The notes under the pieces: generated by a model
Told to the model about the DNA's origin: nothing
Seen by the model: the letters and a program-made list of their open reading frames with translations, nothing else
Database searches by the model: none
In this document: piece after piece, positions 48,870 to 62,073 of the stretch
Layout: every line of letters begins with the position of its first letter
Numbering within the stretch: position 1 is the first letter of the stretch
Assembly: GCA_011109175.1 (NCBI GenBank)
Contig: RDEW01000026.1
Span: 575,695 to 639,694 of the forward strand
Direction: 5' to 3'
Source of the DNA: Dicyema japonicum
Lineage: Eukaryota; Animalia; Dicyemida
DNA: 64,000 nt
Made by a program: the position numbers and the translations under genes

Positions 48870-51800
48870 CATGCTTATGTTCAATGAGCATACTTTCGAG
48901 CGTTCTCTTCAGTACAACCGATTGGATGTAAGTCCTCGTTGATTCTTCAATAGATAATTTATCCATATGATTCTTGAAGCATCTTGAGACAACTCCATCC
49001 CATGTCAAAACCACTGGAATAATCTTCACTTGGCATTCATAGAGCAGCGAAAGTTCATTTGCTAGCAAGTCATATTTGTGAAGTTTCTCAACTTCAACTT
49101 GCTTTAGTCGGTCTTGTGAGGTAATCCCCACTTCAATTAACGTTACTTCCTTCTTTATTTTGTCATACACGAAAATATCAGGTTTATTGTATTGGACTTT
49201 TGTTTCTGTCAAAATCGACGAGTCAACTCTAATTTCGACATTTTGATTCGTCAATATTGACTGAACCGAATGTCCTTTCAATTTCCTGCTTCTTTTGATT
49301 CCATAAATTCGACAAAGATGAAGATGGATGCACTTTACCACTTCATTATGTCTTCGGAGATAATCACTATTTAGCATTTTTCCACACTGAGTGGCCAAAT
49401 GATCAACAGTTTTCTTGCTTTTTTTACAATGGTTGCATAATGACCCCGTGTGTGCAAAAAACAAATTCCTATCTTGCAAAAGACAGTACAATGCTTCGCT
49501 CCGTGGCCGTTATTTCCTTTGGATAACCATTCTGAGGAAGTATATAGGTCGACATTTGTTTCATCAATACATTTGAACATAATTGAGTGTAGTGTTCTGC
49601 AATAAATTTTATTTAGTAAATATTTTTTCTGAGTGTCCTTGAGGGACTTAATATCCATGCTTTCCCTGTCGGCAATTGCATATTTAGAGGCAAGAAATCC
49701 TGCGATTGTAGCCAAGTGCCATTTTTTTGTTTTTATTACTCGCAGAATCCCCGACCTTCGCAAACACACAGTCGACTGTTTTTCCAAACTTTTAAAAAAC
49801 TGGAAAAGTATTAATTCGCTCTTTAATGAAATCGAGGAAAGTCCTCTTCCAAAAGTCTTCCTGTCCAAATACAGCCTCTCTTTATTTGCAGGTTTGAGGT
49901 GCAACTTGAGTGACGTAAGCAGTTGGCGTATTTGTTGGTCAATATATCAAATTCGTATGGTTCAATATTAATTAATCCTATATAATAGTTATATAGGGAC
50001 ATTGCGTATTCATTTATTGCGCGAAATAAGTTCACAGAATTTAACTTTGTTTTTGAAAGCATGGTTATTCTCTTCTTAACATTTTCAAGTATGGACTCCA
50101 TAACTTTGCTTTTAAGAACATTACTTCCCTCATCTTCAAAAACACCCAAATATCGATATCCACTGACTCCTTCCAGATTCTCACAACATGATAACGATTT
50201 AACATTAGACAGTGACTTTTCCGAATTCATTCCAAGCCGGCAACATAAAAGAAATCGCGAACAACTTTCATCATTCTAATAACAGTATCTTCTTTTCGCC
50301 CAAATATCTTTAGTCATTAATGAATAACAAATGATTTGTAGAATAAGTCAGTGTATTAGAATCCTCCTGATTAATTTGGAGTCTTGGGAACATAAAGTTA
50401 AGGGTCCTGCTCAAGGGTTCCATTACCATAACAAATAGTTGAGGGGATAATGAATCTCCTTGCAGAATTCCACGTCCCAGTTTTACAGAACCAATTCTTC
50501 TTCCATCTAAGTGGAGATTTACAGTCCACTTCTTGACTATGGTCTTTACAAAGAAAGGGCGTTTCCATACTCCTTATTTAAGCATTGATTAATAAGGGCC
50601 TGTTCCTTAGCACCCTGACAATGTTTCCTCGTTCCCAGCTGATTGTCAGATAATAGACCAAACGAATCCACAAAATCTGAGAGTTTGGAATTAACACATT
50701 TGGTAATAAGTTTATATAAAGTTGGCATACACGTTATAGGACGTAAGTCTTTAGGAGTCACAATCATCCTTTTTAGGAATTAAATAGGTTATTCCAGTAT
50801 AAAACCAACTTTCAGACATATATTCACCATTAATAATTCGGTTGATCTCATTACATAAAAAGCCATGTAAAGATTCCATTTTCTTAATAAAGAAGTTTAT
50901 ATGAGCCATCGCATCCACACGCCTTCCAATCGGGAAGCCATTTAATAACATCCAGGATAAACTCATTTGTGAACTCTGGCAACATCTCTTCAATACCAGT
51001 ATTTACTTTACCCACACTGTCATATGGCACGTGCATCTCTTTTCTTTTAGACCACACTTTTTCCCAAAACGACATACAATCATCATCATCGAAACCATTT
51101 AACGTTACTTCATTGCTTGCTGATAGGTTCCGATAAAATCTTCTTCGATTTAATTCAAAACAACAGTTGTCCTTGCGAAACTCCTTCCTCGAATGATGTA
51201 CAGCTATTTGCTTCTTAATTCTACAAGGTCACATATTAGAGCCTCAATCCTGGCAACCTCCCCTTTTTGGCCCTTTTGTATCCATAGGCACAAAGAACAT
51301 CCATAACCTTTTGTTTTTCATACACAGGGAGAGCTTGTCTGGAAAAGCGATTGACAAGTTCTAGTTCTGCCATCAGCTTTGAGATTTTCTTTTCAGTCTT
51401 CTCCAACCACGTACTTTGCGGTTTAACCTTCGCAGTTAAAGTCATATAAGCACACTGTGCAGCATATAGAATATCAGTAATTTGATTGATATCTTGAGGC
51501 GGATTATCTTTCGTAATATAATATATTGCAGAATTTAGTCCCAACAAAACATTAACTCTGACATACTTTCTCTGAATTTTGGGTGTTGGTTTTTGAGTAT
51601 CCCTCGGAATTGACTTAATTTTCTCAATTTGTACTTTTAGTTCCTCAAGGCAATTTCTGAAGGTGGAAATTTCCACATTAGTATCCTTTCGCACTTTGAA
51701 ACATTCGCCTCCTTTTACATTGTTATTCCGATTTTCAGGTTTCAGCATCTTTTTTAGTTGACATAGACTGGAACTCTTGGAGTACTTTTCATTGAACTTT

Positions 51801-52114
51801 TTAAGTACGAGGTTCCAGCCACTTCTAGGTATCCTTCCAAATCTTTGTTTCGTGGCAAGAAAAATCTGAGATACCCACTCAACTTCAGAGACACAGTGGA
51901 CCTCTTCAATAATGGCAGATAGTGAATGCAAGTTGGTCTGTGCACCAATATTCCCAACGATGTTGATATTAGTTCTTGTGACATTATCCAGCCCCACAGA
52001 CGACGGTCCTGCTTCTACTATACTATCTTCTTTATTTGATTTTGCAGGAAGGCCCATAGGATTAGAAACGGACATGTCAACACCACAACAACAAATGTCG
52101 TAATTAATAATCAT
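48870..52114 (-). mobile_element. NeSL/R4-like non-LTR retrotransposon (RT + CCHC + restriction-like endonuclease), near full length, frameshifted
   Basis: DLRPITCMPTLYKLIT, NQLGTR..QGAKEQAL, RGILQGDSLSP, YRYLGVFED, RLYL.RK..GRGL, CNHC..TVDHLATQC..RRHNEVV, NKPDIFVYD..IEVGI..EKLHKYDLL. Confidence 0.92.
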
Positions 52115-52542
52115 TATAAGATAGAATTAATTAATTTATTGATTTATTTTTCATTAAAAATTATTGATTTCTAACGGCTTAACAAATAATAATAATAATA
52201 CAAACCTTGAAAAAAAATAAAGGAAATTAAGGAAGAGTTAAACATCTTAAGACAGGAAAGAGATCGTTTAACGAAAATAGCTATAAATTTTATTTTTGAC
52301 GAAGAAGGAACATATTATAGGAGAAAGGCTACAAGTTGTGATTTTTTTTGTTGAAGATATTGAGTTGAAACTCAAATCCATAGAAGTAATTAAATCGTTT
52401 AGATTAATTTTGTTCCCACCTTCGGAGTTCACTCCCATTTCGCTCCTGCGGAGATAAGTTTTTTCCTTAGTGAATTATATTTAACGAATTAAACTATTTT
52501 TATTAAAAAAACTGATTGTTATAGTAAAAATTATCAAATATC

Positions 52543-55500
52543 TTATTGTAATGCTTGTTGATATACAACATTGCTTGTACGACCGTCCTTTGTGTATATG
52601 AATAGGTTTTCTCGTTCACCTACCCTAGAACAACCTACATATAACTGTCCATGTGCAAAACATTCACTTGCTAAATATAAACCTACTACTTTAAGAGTTT
52701 GTCCCTGTGATTTGTTGATTGTCATTGCGAAACTCAACTTCAATGGAAATTGTAGTCTCTTAAATCTAAATGGTAATCATCTGAAATTATCGGAATTCTT
52801 AGAATATAAACGTCTTCTCCTTTATTTCGCCCCGTTAATATCGTTGCTTCTATAATATTAAACATCAAATTTCTTACTACCAATCTTGTACCACTACATA
52901 ACCTTGGAGATTCTAAATTTCGTAATAGAACAACTGGCGCTCCTACTTTTAATTTTAAAGTATGATGAGGCATCCCTGACGGTTCTAAAGAATTTAAAAA
53001 TTCCACAGGATATTCACATACTGATTCTTGATCCATAATTACATCGACAGATTTATAAATACGTTCCAACCCGGTTAATTTAATTCTGACTTGTTTTGTG
53101 GTCGAATATTTACATCTAAACTTACCTTTTTTACAAAAGACCACAAATACGATGATTTCAGACATGCATTTAATTCATCTGCTGGTGTTCCCCTTTGAAT
53201 AATAGGCAGTGTCCGTCTAAAATCACCTGCTAATACTAATACCGATCCACCAAACGGTATATCAGAGTGTTTTATGTCGCGAAAAGTTCTATCAACTGCT
53301 TCAAATGCTCTTTTACTTACCATTGTACACTCATCCCATACTATTGGATTACAATCACGTATAATAGTCCTAATAAGTGAATTTCCTTTAATGCTACAAA
53401 CTGGGTTCATATCTCTTGCTAGATTTAATAGTAGTTTGAACATTAAATGCGCTGTTCGACCACCATCTAAAAGCGTAGCCGCAATACCTGTAGATGCAAC
53501 TGCTATGGCTATTTTATGATTGCATCTAGCCTTTGCTAACAATAGATTTAACAAATATGTCTTACCTGTACCTCCTGGTGCATCTATAAAAAAATATCTT
53601 TCCATCATTTTCTTCAATCGTTCTGTTTATTTCAGTGAGATTCTTGATTGACCTTCCAATAAATTTGGTTCCCTTTCTTTTAGTATTTGATGTAGTTCTT
53701 CTATATTATATTTTTCATATTCCAAATTATTTGTAGTATTTTGACTGTTAACGGTAAACCCGCACTCATTAAGATTTTTCCCAATCACTGACTCAAGTCA
53801 TCTATTGATGATTAGTAATTCTTCATTAAAATTGTCCTCATCAAAACCTGATTTTGTGTCCCTCTTTAATATATTTTTACACATTATTTCTTTATGCTTC
53901 TCCCAAAGCTGTAGGGGATTTGATATATTACAATATGTCAAAATCAATGTGAATAAATATCTAATATGTGATGGCATATTGAAAATCCCAGCTTCGGTCA
54001 ATGCGTCGTCCCAGCTTTTGTCATCTTCTAAAAGTCCCAATTTAAAACAGGCTTATCTATATGTTGCGTAGATTACTCCATCGACTGTCTTTAAATCAGT
54101 AAAAGATTTCGGTCCTCGGATGGTATGCAGAAGTAACCTAACACAATAACATTCGGAGTTATTAGGGTGAACTGTGTACATTCTGCCCAATGCATCACTA
54201 CTTAAAATTCCTGGATATCATTCACTGGTTCTCCTCTTATTCTTCGTTTGAATTTCTTACCGGTAGTTTCCCATGTGTAGTATCTAGGAATTTCACAATA
54301 TAATAATGTTTTTGCAAATGTATTTAGTGTACAAAGTTCAAAGAAATCCATAAGCGTAGAATTCCTTGGGTTTTGTATTTGGTCTTTTACGTTTTTTTCA
54401 TTGAAGTAAACTCTTTGTCCATTTTCCAAGTGTACTCTTAAATGCATTACCAAAGGATATCTATCATGTATGGAAAATCCAAAAATTTTCCACGCAGCCT
54501 CACTGCCTCAAATATATCTCCCATGCATGTATTGTGTAACCTCATCCTTTCCTTCTATAGTAAAAACTGCCTGATCTGACCCTTTGTTGATGTATTTGCA
54601 GACATATTTAATTGATTTAATTGAATTACAGAATTCTACATTTATATGATCACTAAAAATTTTACATAACAGTGGACTAAAAGGTACTACCCACCTATTA
54701 TCCACTGTTATTTCATTTACCTAGCCTTCGTTAATAGTCACTATATACCCCCATCAGTTGGCCTTCTCCTACGGTAAAGAGGATACCCGTTTTCTCCCGT
54801 TCGAGTGATAAAAAAGAATTCTTTTGGATATCCTTTACTACACTTATCGTCTTTCATACATGGTGAAGACCTATTAAGAATTCCACATTGTCCATGTATC
54901 ATATTTTTCCTGATGGTTTCATATAATTCCGGATTTTCTTCTGGATTTTTAATTTCTGCGGATATGCAGTCTTCAATTTCAGTAGGCCTAATTTTGTCAA
55001 CTAAACATATTAAAATGTGTGCATGTGGAAGTCCTCTTTTCTGCCATTCAACTGTGTACATATGGCATCGTGTCTTACCATATATATGACTCTTCGTAAT
55101 TAGATCCATCAGTTTCATAATTTTCTGTCTAAAAACTCTTGCAATTATATCATGTCTATTTTCGTACTTTTGACCTATAAATAAGTTATCAATAATTTCT
55201 GGCCATTTAGGATTGCACGTAATCGTAATGAATAAATCTGGAGTACCGTAATTTCTTACGTAAGTCATTGCATCTTGTGTTCGTTCATGCATATATCTTG
55301 GCCCTCCCGTAAATGATGAGGGTAATATGATCATTTGACCTACATCAGTTACATTACCATCATTAATTATTGCATCTCTCAGATGTATATATTCTTCTGC
55401 TCTTAGTTTTCGCTGATTTAAACGAATGTAGAGAAGTCTCTCTGCCTCTATCTTTGCATACATATCAACTAAATATTGATCAAACAATTGGCCTGTTTCG

Positions 55501-56794
55501 ATGAATAGTATTAAATTTTTCTTTTTTTAACATGAATCTATAAGAGTAAAATGCCATACAGCTAATTTTTTTATTTGTGTTTTGTCCTGTAGATGGATTT
55601 CGCTGCATAAGCTTAAAATTATATCCTTTTTCCCCTCTTAAAAATATCAGAGGGTACTGTAGAGCATCATAAGAAACGATGTGTTTTCTGAAATTCTTCG
55701 TAGTCCACTGTCTTTATTATTAACGATAATATCTCGTTTATCATATTCTTGGCCAACTATTAAAACCTCAACCTGATTAGAGCTTGGTGTGTTGTACCGT
55801 CCTTCATGAACTCCCGTAGGTGCCTTATCTGCATGAATAATTACTTTGTAGTCCTTTTCTTTTGTAGTCAGCATAACACTCCTAAAAGATAAAATATATG
55901 AATTATGTTCAATTAACATGTTTTGTAACATGCTAGTTATAGAGTGACGTAATTGTGGCTCTGTTTCTAATCTTCTTGTTGACTGATCCTCAAAACTTTC
56001 TAAAAAATATATTGTAAAAAGCTATGTTGCTCTCCTACATTTGGAGTAGTGACCCCATCCTATGATAAACTTGACCAAGAACCTTATATGTAGGCATATA
56101 ACCCTTATAAATTAAAATTACCTGTTGTTCCAAACGATGTCATAAGAAAACAATTATTATACTTTAGAATATTTTCAATAAAATGCTTCGAGGTTGGTAA
56201 TTCATTTCTTAATAGCGTCAATAGTGGTTCTGGTGGAATCAATAAGGCAGGCAAATCTACCTGACCGAGACTGCAACACATGCCTGTTGTTTCCCCTTTA
56301 AATTTTAGTGCCGAACAAAATTTACATACATCGGACATAGTGCCGATATTCTCCAAACATCTAAAATTATTAGCTGCAGCATAATTAAATCCTAGATTAC
56401 CCAATAATTCAGGATTATATAACCTCGTATTCCTCCGTGATATAATTTCTTGATATTCTATATAACGTTCTTCTTGATTTTGTTGGCTTCTCATTGTAAC
56501 GGTTCTTATTCTGTCTGTTTCTTGACGGATAATTTTTCTTTCTTCAATTTCTTGACTTCTTGTCAACTTTTTCCTTTTTTTGTCTATTTCTTGTCGGATA
56601 AGTTTTCTTTCTTCATTTTCTTGACTTCTTGTCAACTGCTTCCTTTTTCTGTCTGTTTCTTGTCGGATAAGTTTTTTTTCTTCAGTTTCTTGACTTCTTG
56701 TTAACTGCTTCCGGTGTCTTTCATTTTCTTGGCGAATATTTATATCTTGTATAGATTCATGACTTCTTTTTTTCTGCATTCGTACTTTGTTCAT
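52543..56794 (-). mobile_element. Helitron RepHel (Rep + PIF1 helicase) with N-terminal 23-aa repeats, frameshifted
   Basis: CKFCSALKF..MCCSLG; FDQYLVDMYAKIE; ILPSSFTGGPRYM; PDLFITITCNPKW; VEWQKRGLPHAHIL; YVCKYINKG; FIDAPGGTGKT; VLAGDFR; FAMTINKSQGQTL..HGQLYVGCSRV. No canonical TC/CTRR ends found. Confidence 0.95.
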
Positions 56795-56802
56795 CTCGTT
56801 GT

Positions 56803-56940
56803 GACTTGATATGCACTATAGCTTTTACCATATTATTGTAATGAATTAGATATTCGTGCTCATTACACAATCTACGAAAGTTATTCTAAACTACTTGTGA
56901 TTTGGCCTAGACTATTTATTCTATCCAATTTTTACTACAT
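56803..56940. repeat. Isolated fragment of repeat family 2
   Basis: acttgatatgcactatag..ccatattattgtaatgaattagat..cattacacaatctacgaaag matches 43150-43230. Confidence 0.75.
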
Positions 56941-56999
56941 TTTTTAATAAATGCCATTTAAGATTCTTAAATCATTTTTATTTTGTTTATCAACCATTT

Positions 57000-57540
57000 A
57001 AATTCATCATCATCCTCCTCAAAACACAAATACTGAATTATATAATTTGAGTAATAATCTTTAAAGGTCTTGATAATTTCCCATATCCAATGGTTGCAAA
57101 TACGGTGTTGGATTTTTGCAAAGATAAAAACTCAATATTTGAGCATTCAATAGTTTTATGACATCCCGCATTATCAAGCAATATTAATACTTTTCTTGGT
57201 TGTATTAAAAATTTTTTCATTTATCCAAGTCAACCAGCTCATAAAAATATTTCCAGTCATCCATGCATTTTAGAGGATGAATATGAAATTCCAAAATCTT
57301 TCACATTGAAATTTTTGAGACATCGAGGGTTTTTAAATTTTCAAACAATCATTGGTTCAAGTTTTTCCCTCATGGAATTGCAACAAAGAAGTACAGTGAC
57401 TCTTTCTTTTCCCTGTTTAAAGCCAAAAGTATCGTCATTTATTCCTACAAACGACTTTCGTGGAGTCCTTTTTATATAAAGAGCAGTTTCATCAAAATTA
57501 AAAACATTTTGTCTTCCATATTGAAATAATTTTGGTCAAG
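57000..57540 (-). mobile_element. Tigger/pogo DDE_1 domain remnant
   Basis: NVFNFDETAL, KERVTVLLCCN..GEKL, RKVLILLDNAGCH, LDMGIIKTFK. Confidence 0.8.
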
Positions 57541-57544
57541 TGTG

Positions 57545-58350
57545 TCTGCTAGGAAGCACGCCATAATAACGACCGAAAAAACACGTGCAACCCACCTAGG
57601 CACTATCAGACCTCTTTTGTCTGCTAAGTATCGTGTGATGATGGTGAGGTAGTAAATGTGAAAGCGTTGATCGAATTACAATATAATATTTTATGGAAAA
57701 GATCAACTTAAAAAGCCTTCATAAGATCCTCTTCAGAGCATTGTACAACCCACATGTCAACCTTAAGTAGTCACGGTGACAACTCACCTCTATCGGAAGC
57801 GCTGTTCACAAAGACCGCAATATCTTTTGGGGTCGATCAACAAATACATGTCCCCGCTGTAAGTCACGGAGCATGTCGGTTGATCTTTTAGCCACTCGAT
57901 GTGGATCGATTTTCTGCCACGATTATGTTTGGAGGCATAACGAGGTAGTAAGAAGTCTTTATTTTCTACTATGCAATATGTATGGTATTCGCCACACCAG
58001 AAAGTTGCGGACTTATGAAGTGCAATCTGTAGCAGAGAACACCTGGGTCCAAATTAAGGTAGACAGTGTATCCATACCTCGGTTCTAGTCAAGCACAATA
58101 AACCGGACATTGTGGTACACGATAAGGAGTCTGGCCGAGTCCTTATCATAGAGATTGAGAGCGTTTGCAGACTGTGGAAGTTGAAAAAAATGAAGTATGA
58201 CTTGCTTGCGAACGAGATGGGGCAGATGTTTTGGTTGCAAAATCCTTTTTATTCTAATAGTAATGAGGTGGAAGTAATTTCAACAAAGTACAACAAGGGT
58301 AATCTGAAGCAGTTGGGGGTAGATATGAAGCTCCAAGCCTATCTATAGTC
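57545..58350 (+). mobile_element. NeSL/R4-like 3' fragment (CCHC + RLE)
   Basis: LLATRCG..HDYVWRHNEVVRSL, NKPDIVVHDK, KYDLLANEMG. Confidence 0.75.
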
Positions 58351-58358
58351 CACTGTAT

Positions 58359-58810
58359 TCATGCGGAATCTAGAGAGCTTGACACTGTAGTATAGGCAGA
58401 GCTCGGAAATGTCATATGGGCAGAGGGAACCACCCTCTCTCTGAATCGGTTTCCTAGCTCATTGCATATACGTATGAAGCCAGGCCATTTTTCACCGTCG
58501 CCATCTCTGAAAGCATACCAGAGACGGACATGGAGTCTGATTGTATATACCTCATGAACTTCCGTCTGAGAGAGTTCATACGTTCCATCCTCGTTGAAGG
58601 AATAGCGCATCTCAATCATTGGCGAAATAACTTGTAGATATTCTTTGCTGATCCAAGCAGTAGGAGTGAAGGGGCTCTTCTTTATGATAGCATTTAGGAC
58701 GTTCCATTTTCGGAGACTCGTGGTTAACACCTCCTCCGTGTGACTGGCGAACGTCATCAGAGAGTTGAAAGTTACTCCAAAGATCTTCTGGATTCATGAA
58801 TAAGGAAGGG
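58359..58810 (-). mobile_element. Ingi/I-like LINE C-terminal fragment
   Basis: GVTFNSLMTFASH..RKWNVL is homologous to the LGVTFD..F..HV segments at 63330-63430. Confidence 0.55.
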
Positions 58811-58816
58811 AATGTT

Positions 58817-59548
58817 TCCGCTTTACATTAAATTTTATAATAGGATTCACATTTCCAAAATGTGACTTTGCCATTAAATTTTTAAAAACAGTAAATATAT
58901 CCATCTTCAGAAAGTTTTCTCTTACTTCTATCACTCATTACAAATTGCAAAGCCATGCTGTCAAGATATAAGAAATTAGCGAAAAAATATCACTTTATAG
59001 AAATCAATTATAATAATGACGAAAAAGTACAAGAGAATTCAAGGACATTATCACCAGATTATAAGCTACTTTATAAGTTAAAAGAAACACAATTACATGC
59101 AACCATTACTCTTGTGTTTAAGATAGAGATGAATACTGTCCTCAGCATTAAAGAAAACTGGCAATTTTATGTTTAATCGTCGTATATAGATGAATACTGA
59201 CAGAGTTATTTATTTTATTATTTGTTAGCCACAGGCGTACAATCTTTGGTAAGCCTAGCAAAAACAGTCATTGGTAATTAATCCAAGGAGGGAACGCAAA
59301 AGTGAACGTCTGCTTGTGACAACTAAATTGATCCCCCAATAATACATGGCAGGCTGAAGAGACGTGAAAAAATAGGTCCTCTCTCTTCAATTTTCATAGG
59401 TCCTACCGTCACGGATACGTGACTCCTATCGCCGAATTATCTCCAAAATCGCAATTTAACTATAATATAAAAAATCAAAATTTCGACCTCTTCTATCTAG
59501 AAACCCGCCCACGTGGTTCCTTGATTTAACTGGGATGAATTTACTTCT
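58817..59548. mobile_element. Non-autonomous TIR element, right half
   Basis: Body matches 45848-46300; terminal 59445-59548 is the inverted counterpart of 45728-45830. Confidence 0.6.
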
Positions 59549-59753
59549 TTAAAATATTTCATTCACAGTCTGATAAATCCTCCCTGTTCACAGATTGAAT
59601 TAAAAAATATTAAGAATATTTAAAAACCATTGGAATTTACAAATTGTATTAACTGAGAAATAAAATATCTATAAAATTAATTAATTAAATTAACGTTCTG
59701 AAATTCGTTTGGTGTATATTTCTTTAGAAAACAAAGCAGTGGACCATCTAAAC

Positions 59754-61620
59754 CAGGGGTTCTCAATCTTTTTTTACTCGTCGACCCCTTGACTTTTTTT
59801 TCGACCCCCCTAATATTTAATCGACCCCTCAAAGCTTTTTTATTTAGAACAGACAATTCTATGTAGAATTTGTTAACTATCTAAAATGGATTCATTGTTA
59901 ATATTCAAATCAAACAAAAAAAGTATATACTCGATGTTAAGTTAATATCTTAGCATAAATCTATAATAAAAAAAGATTTAAATACCAATGGGATCCCTGT
60001 GACTGATGTTTTATTAACAAAGATTTATTATCTGGGTCTATATGTGTTATTTTTAAACGAATATCTCCTCAAATGGACACATCCAATCTGTTTCGTTCTT
60101 TATTTACAATTCGATGTAGAATGTTAAATCCGTATTCACACAAAATGATGTCGGAAAATAGAGTAGCAATTGTGCTATTTCTGTCCACTATTTTGTATAA
60201 CTCTCTTTCACTTTCATATTTTGCCAAAAAATAACAGGTGATTGTGAATCATTATAATATAGTTTTAATTCTAAATTGAATTTTAACGTAATTAATTCCT
60301 CTTTAATATTTTCTTTTTGCTCTGTTGGCTTTGACAAAAACGGATTAATCATCCAAGATGAAATTTCTAATTCAAGAATATCTTGGAATCGAAGAATCAA
60401 ATCTTTTTCTATACTTAATAAATGTTGCAAAAAGTTGTTAATCTTCATTAAATGTTTGAACAATTAAGTGGAATTCGGGAATGTTATAATAATTTCTTTT
60501 TTCCAAGTTATATTTATATAACATAATTTTTTCGATAAATATTTGAATAATTCTTTTCAATCTATTAACGTCACATACTTTCTCTGAAGTTCTAATGAAA
60601 CTTCATTAAATTTTCCAAAAATCCAAGTCAAATAAACAATTTTTTTCTTTTTCGATACAATTAAATCTTCTAAATTTTTTATCACTTTCAGAAGTAAGAA
60701 AATTTACGATTGTGTCAAATAATATTGAAAATCGTTCTAATGCATTTCCCTTTGATAACCGTAATGCATTTCCTTTAATCGTACCTATAAAGTAAAATTG
60801 GAAACTATAACCTCAGTGTGAAGCACAAGACGGGCATATGTTTCTTTAGCCTCATAGCAAAATTTTCTAAAAAGACGATCATACTTGCTTTAATTTTGTT
60901 TATGGTTTTAATAACTATATTTAACGTTTCATGTAGAATTGGTGAAAGAGCTTTTGAAACCAAATGTTGTATACGTAGGACGCAATGTATATAAATCACA
61001 TTTGGACATATTTTTTTCAAATATGCCTCAAATCTTTTATATTTTCCAACCATAGGCATTCCACCATCTGTGGCACAAGAAACCAAATTTTCATATGGAA
61101 TCTTCTTGTCATCCAAAAATAATTTGACTACGGAAAAAATAGAAAATCCAGTCGTATCAGTTTCCAAATATTTGACGAATAATAAATCTTCTGTAAGAAG
61201 AGCATGATCGTCAAATTATCTTAAAGGGTAAGCTTCTAATAATATAAACCTGACAAATCCCATTAGAATTGATTGGTTGTCACATATATGACTTTCGTCT
61301 ATTTGAAGCGAAAAAATAGTATTTTAAGCCTTTCACAAAATATGTTCAACATTATCTGACATTTCGTTAATCCTGCAGCGAATTGAATCATTGCTAATTG
61401 GTACGGATTTTAAAATATCGTCGTGATTTAAACCCATCAATTCTGATAGAATCACTGATATAGATGGTTTGATGAGATTTTCACCAGAAACATGGGAACT
61501 CTCATTTTTGGCAATAATCATTGCAATTTTATAAGATGCTATTAGTGCTCCTAAATATAATTTAAAATAACAACAACTATTGTTTCTTTCATTACTATTT
61601 GCAAAAACAGTGTCAATCGT
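59754..61620 (-). mobile_element. Buster/Charlie-type hAT transposon (ZBED5/ZBED8/SCAND3-like transposase), decayed
   Basis: SYKIAMIIAK..GENLIKP, ISNDSIRCRI.EMS, CATDGG..MVGK, IHCV..QHL, WMINPF. Terminus CAGGGGTTCTCAA at 59754 preceded by atcTAaac (Buster nnnTAnnn target). Confidence 0.85.
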
Positions 61621-61648
61621 TTTTTGTTTACGAAAAAATCCTTTAAAT

Positions 61649-62045
61649 CAGCGGTTCTCAACCTGGGGTCGATTCGACTCCCAGGGGTCTAAAATCATTC
61701 CAGATCGATCGTAAGGGGGTCGAAAATGAAATACTTGGGAATCGAAAATAAATTTAACATATTTAATTTTTTCTTATTTTAAATTAAGTTAGTTTATTTT
61801 TAAAGTGGTAAACCTTCGTCTTTAAAATTTTTAAAATTTCCATGATTGTTTTTGTTCAAGTCGTCCTTCTACAATAAAAATTCGTCAATATAAATATGAA
61901 TATTTAAATTTATAAAAAAATCTTTTGATAATAGACCATATTGCTTACTGCATTATCAAATGATTCAATGAAACCGTCCAAATTGTTGGATCATAAGATA
62001 AACCATTAGAGTATTTTGAAGATTTAAAGGATTTTTTAATTACAA
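61649..62045 (+). mobile_element. Second Buster/Charlie hAT, 5' end only
   Basis: Terminus CAGCGGTTCTCAAC preceded by cttTAaat; LSNDSMKPSKL..KPLEYF at about 61950-62025. Confidence 0.65.
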
Positions 62046-62073
62046 AGCTCATCAGAGAAAAGAAAGATAGGGC

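Noticed and set aside
52400-52540. Helitron 3' hairpin and CTRR end
   Set aside because: Only 4-bp stems (ctcc/ggag) and no CTAG at the expected distance.
48870-56794. Programmed frameshifting or RNA editing to explain the broken NeSL and Helitron ORFs
   Set aside because: Breaks are scattered, often in homopolymers and mixed with stops, as expected from decay or long-read indel error.
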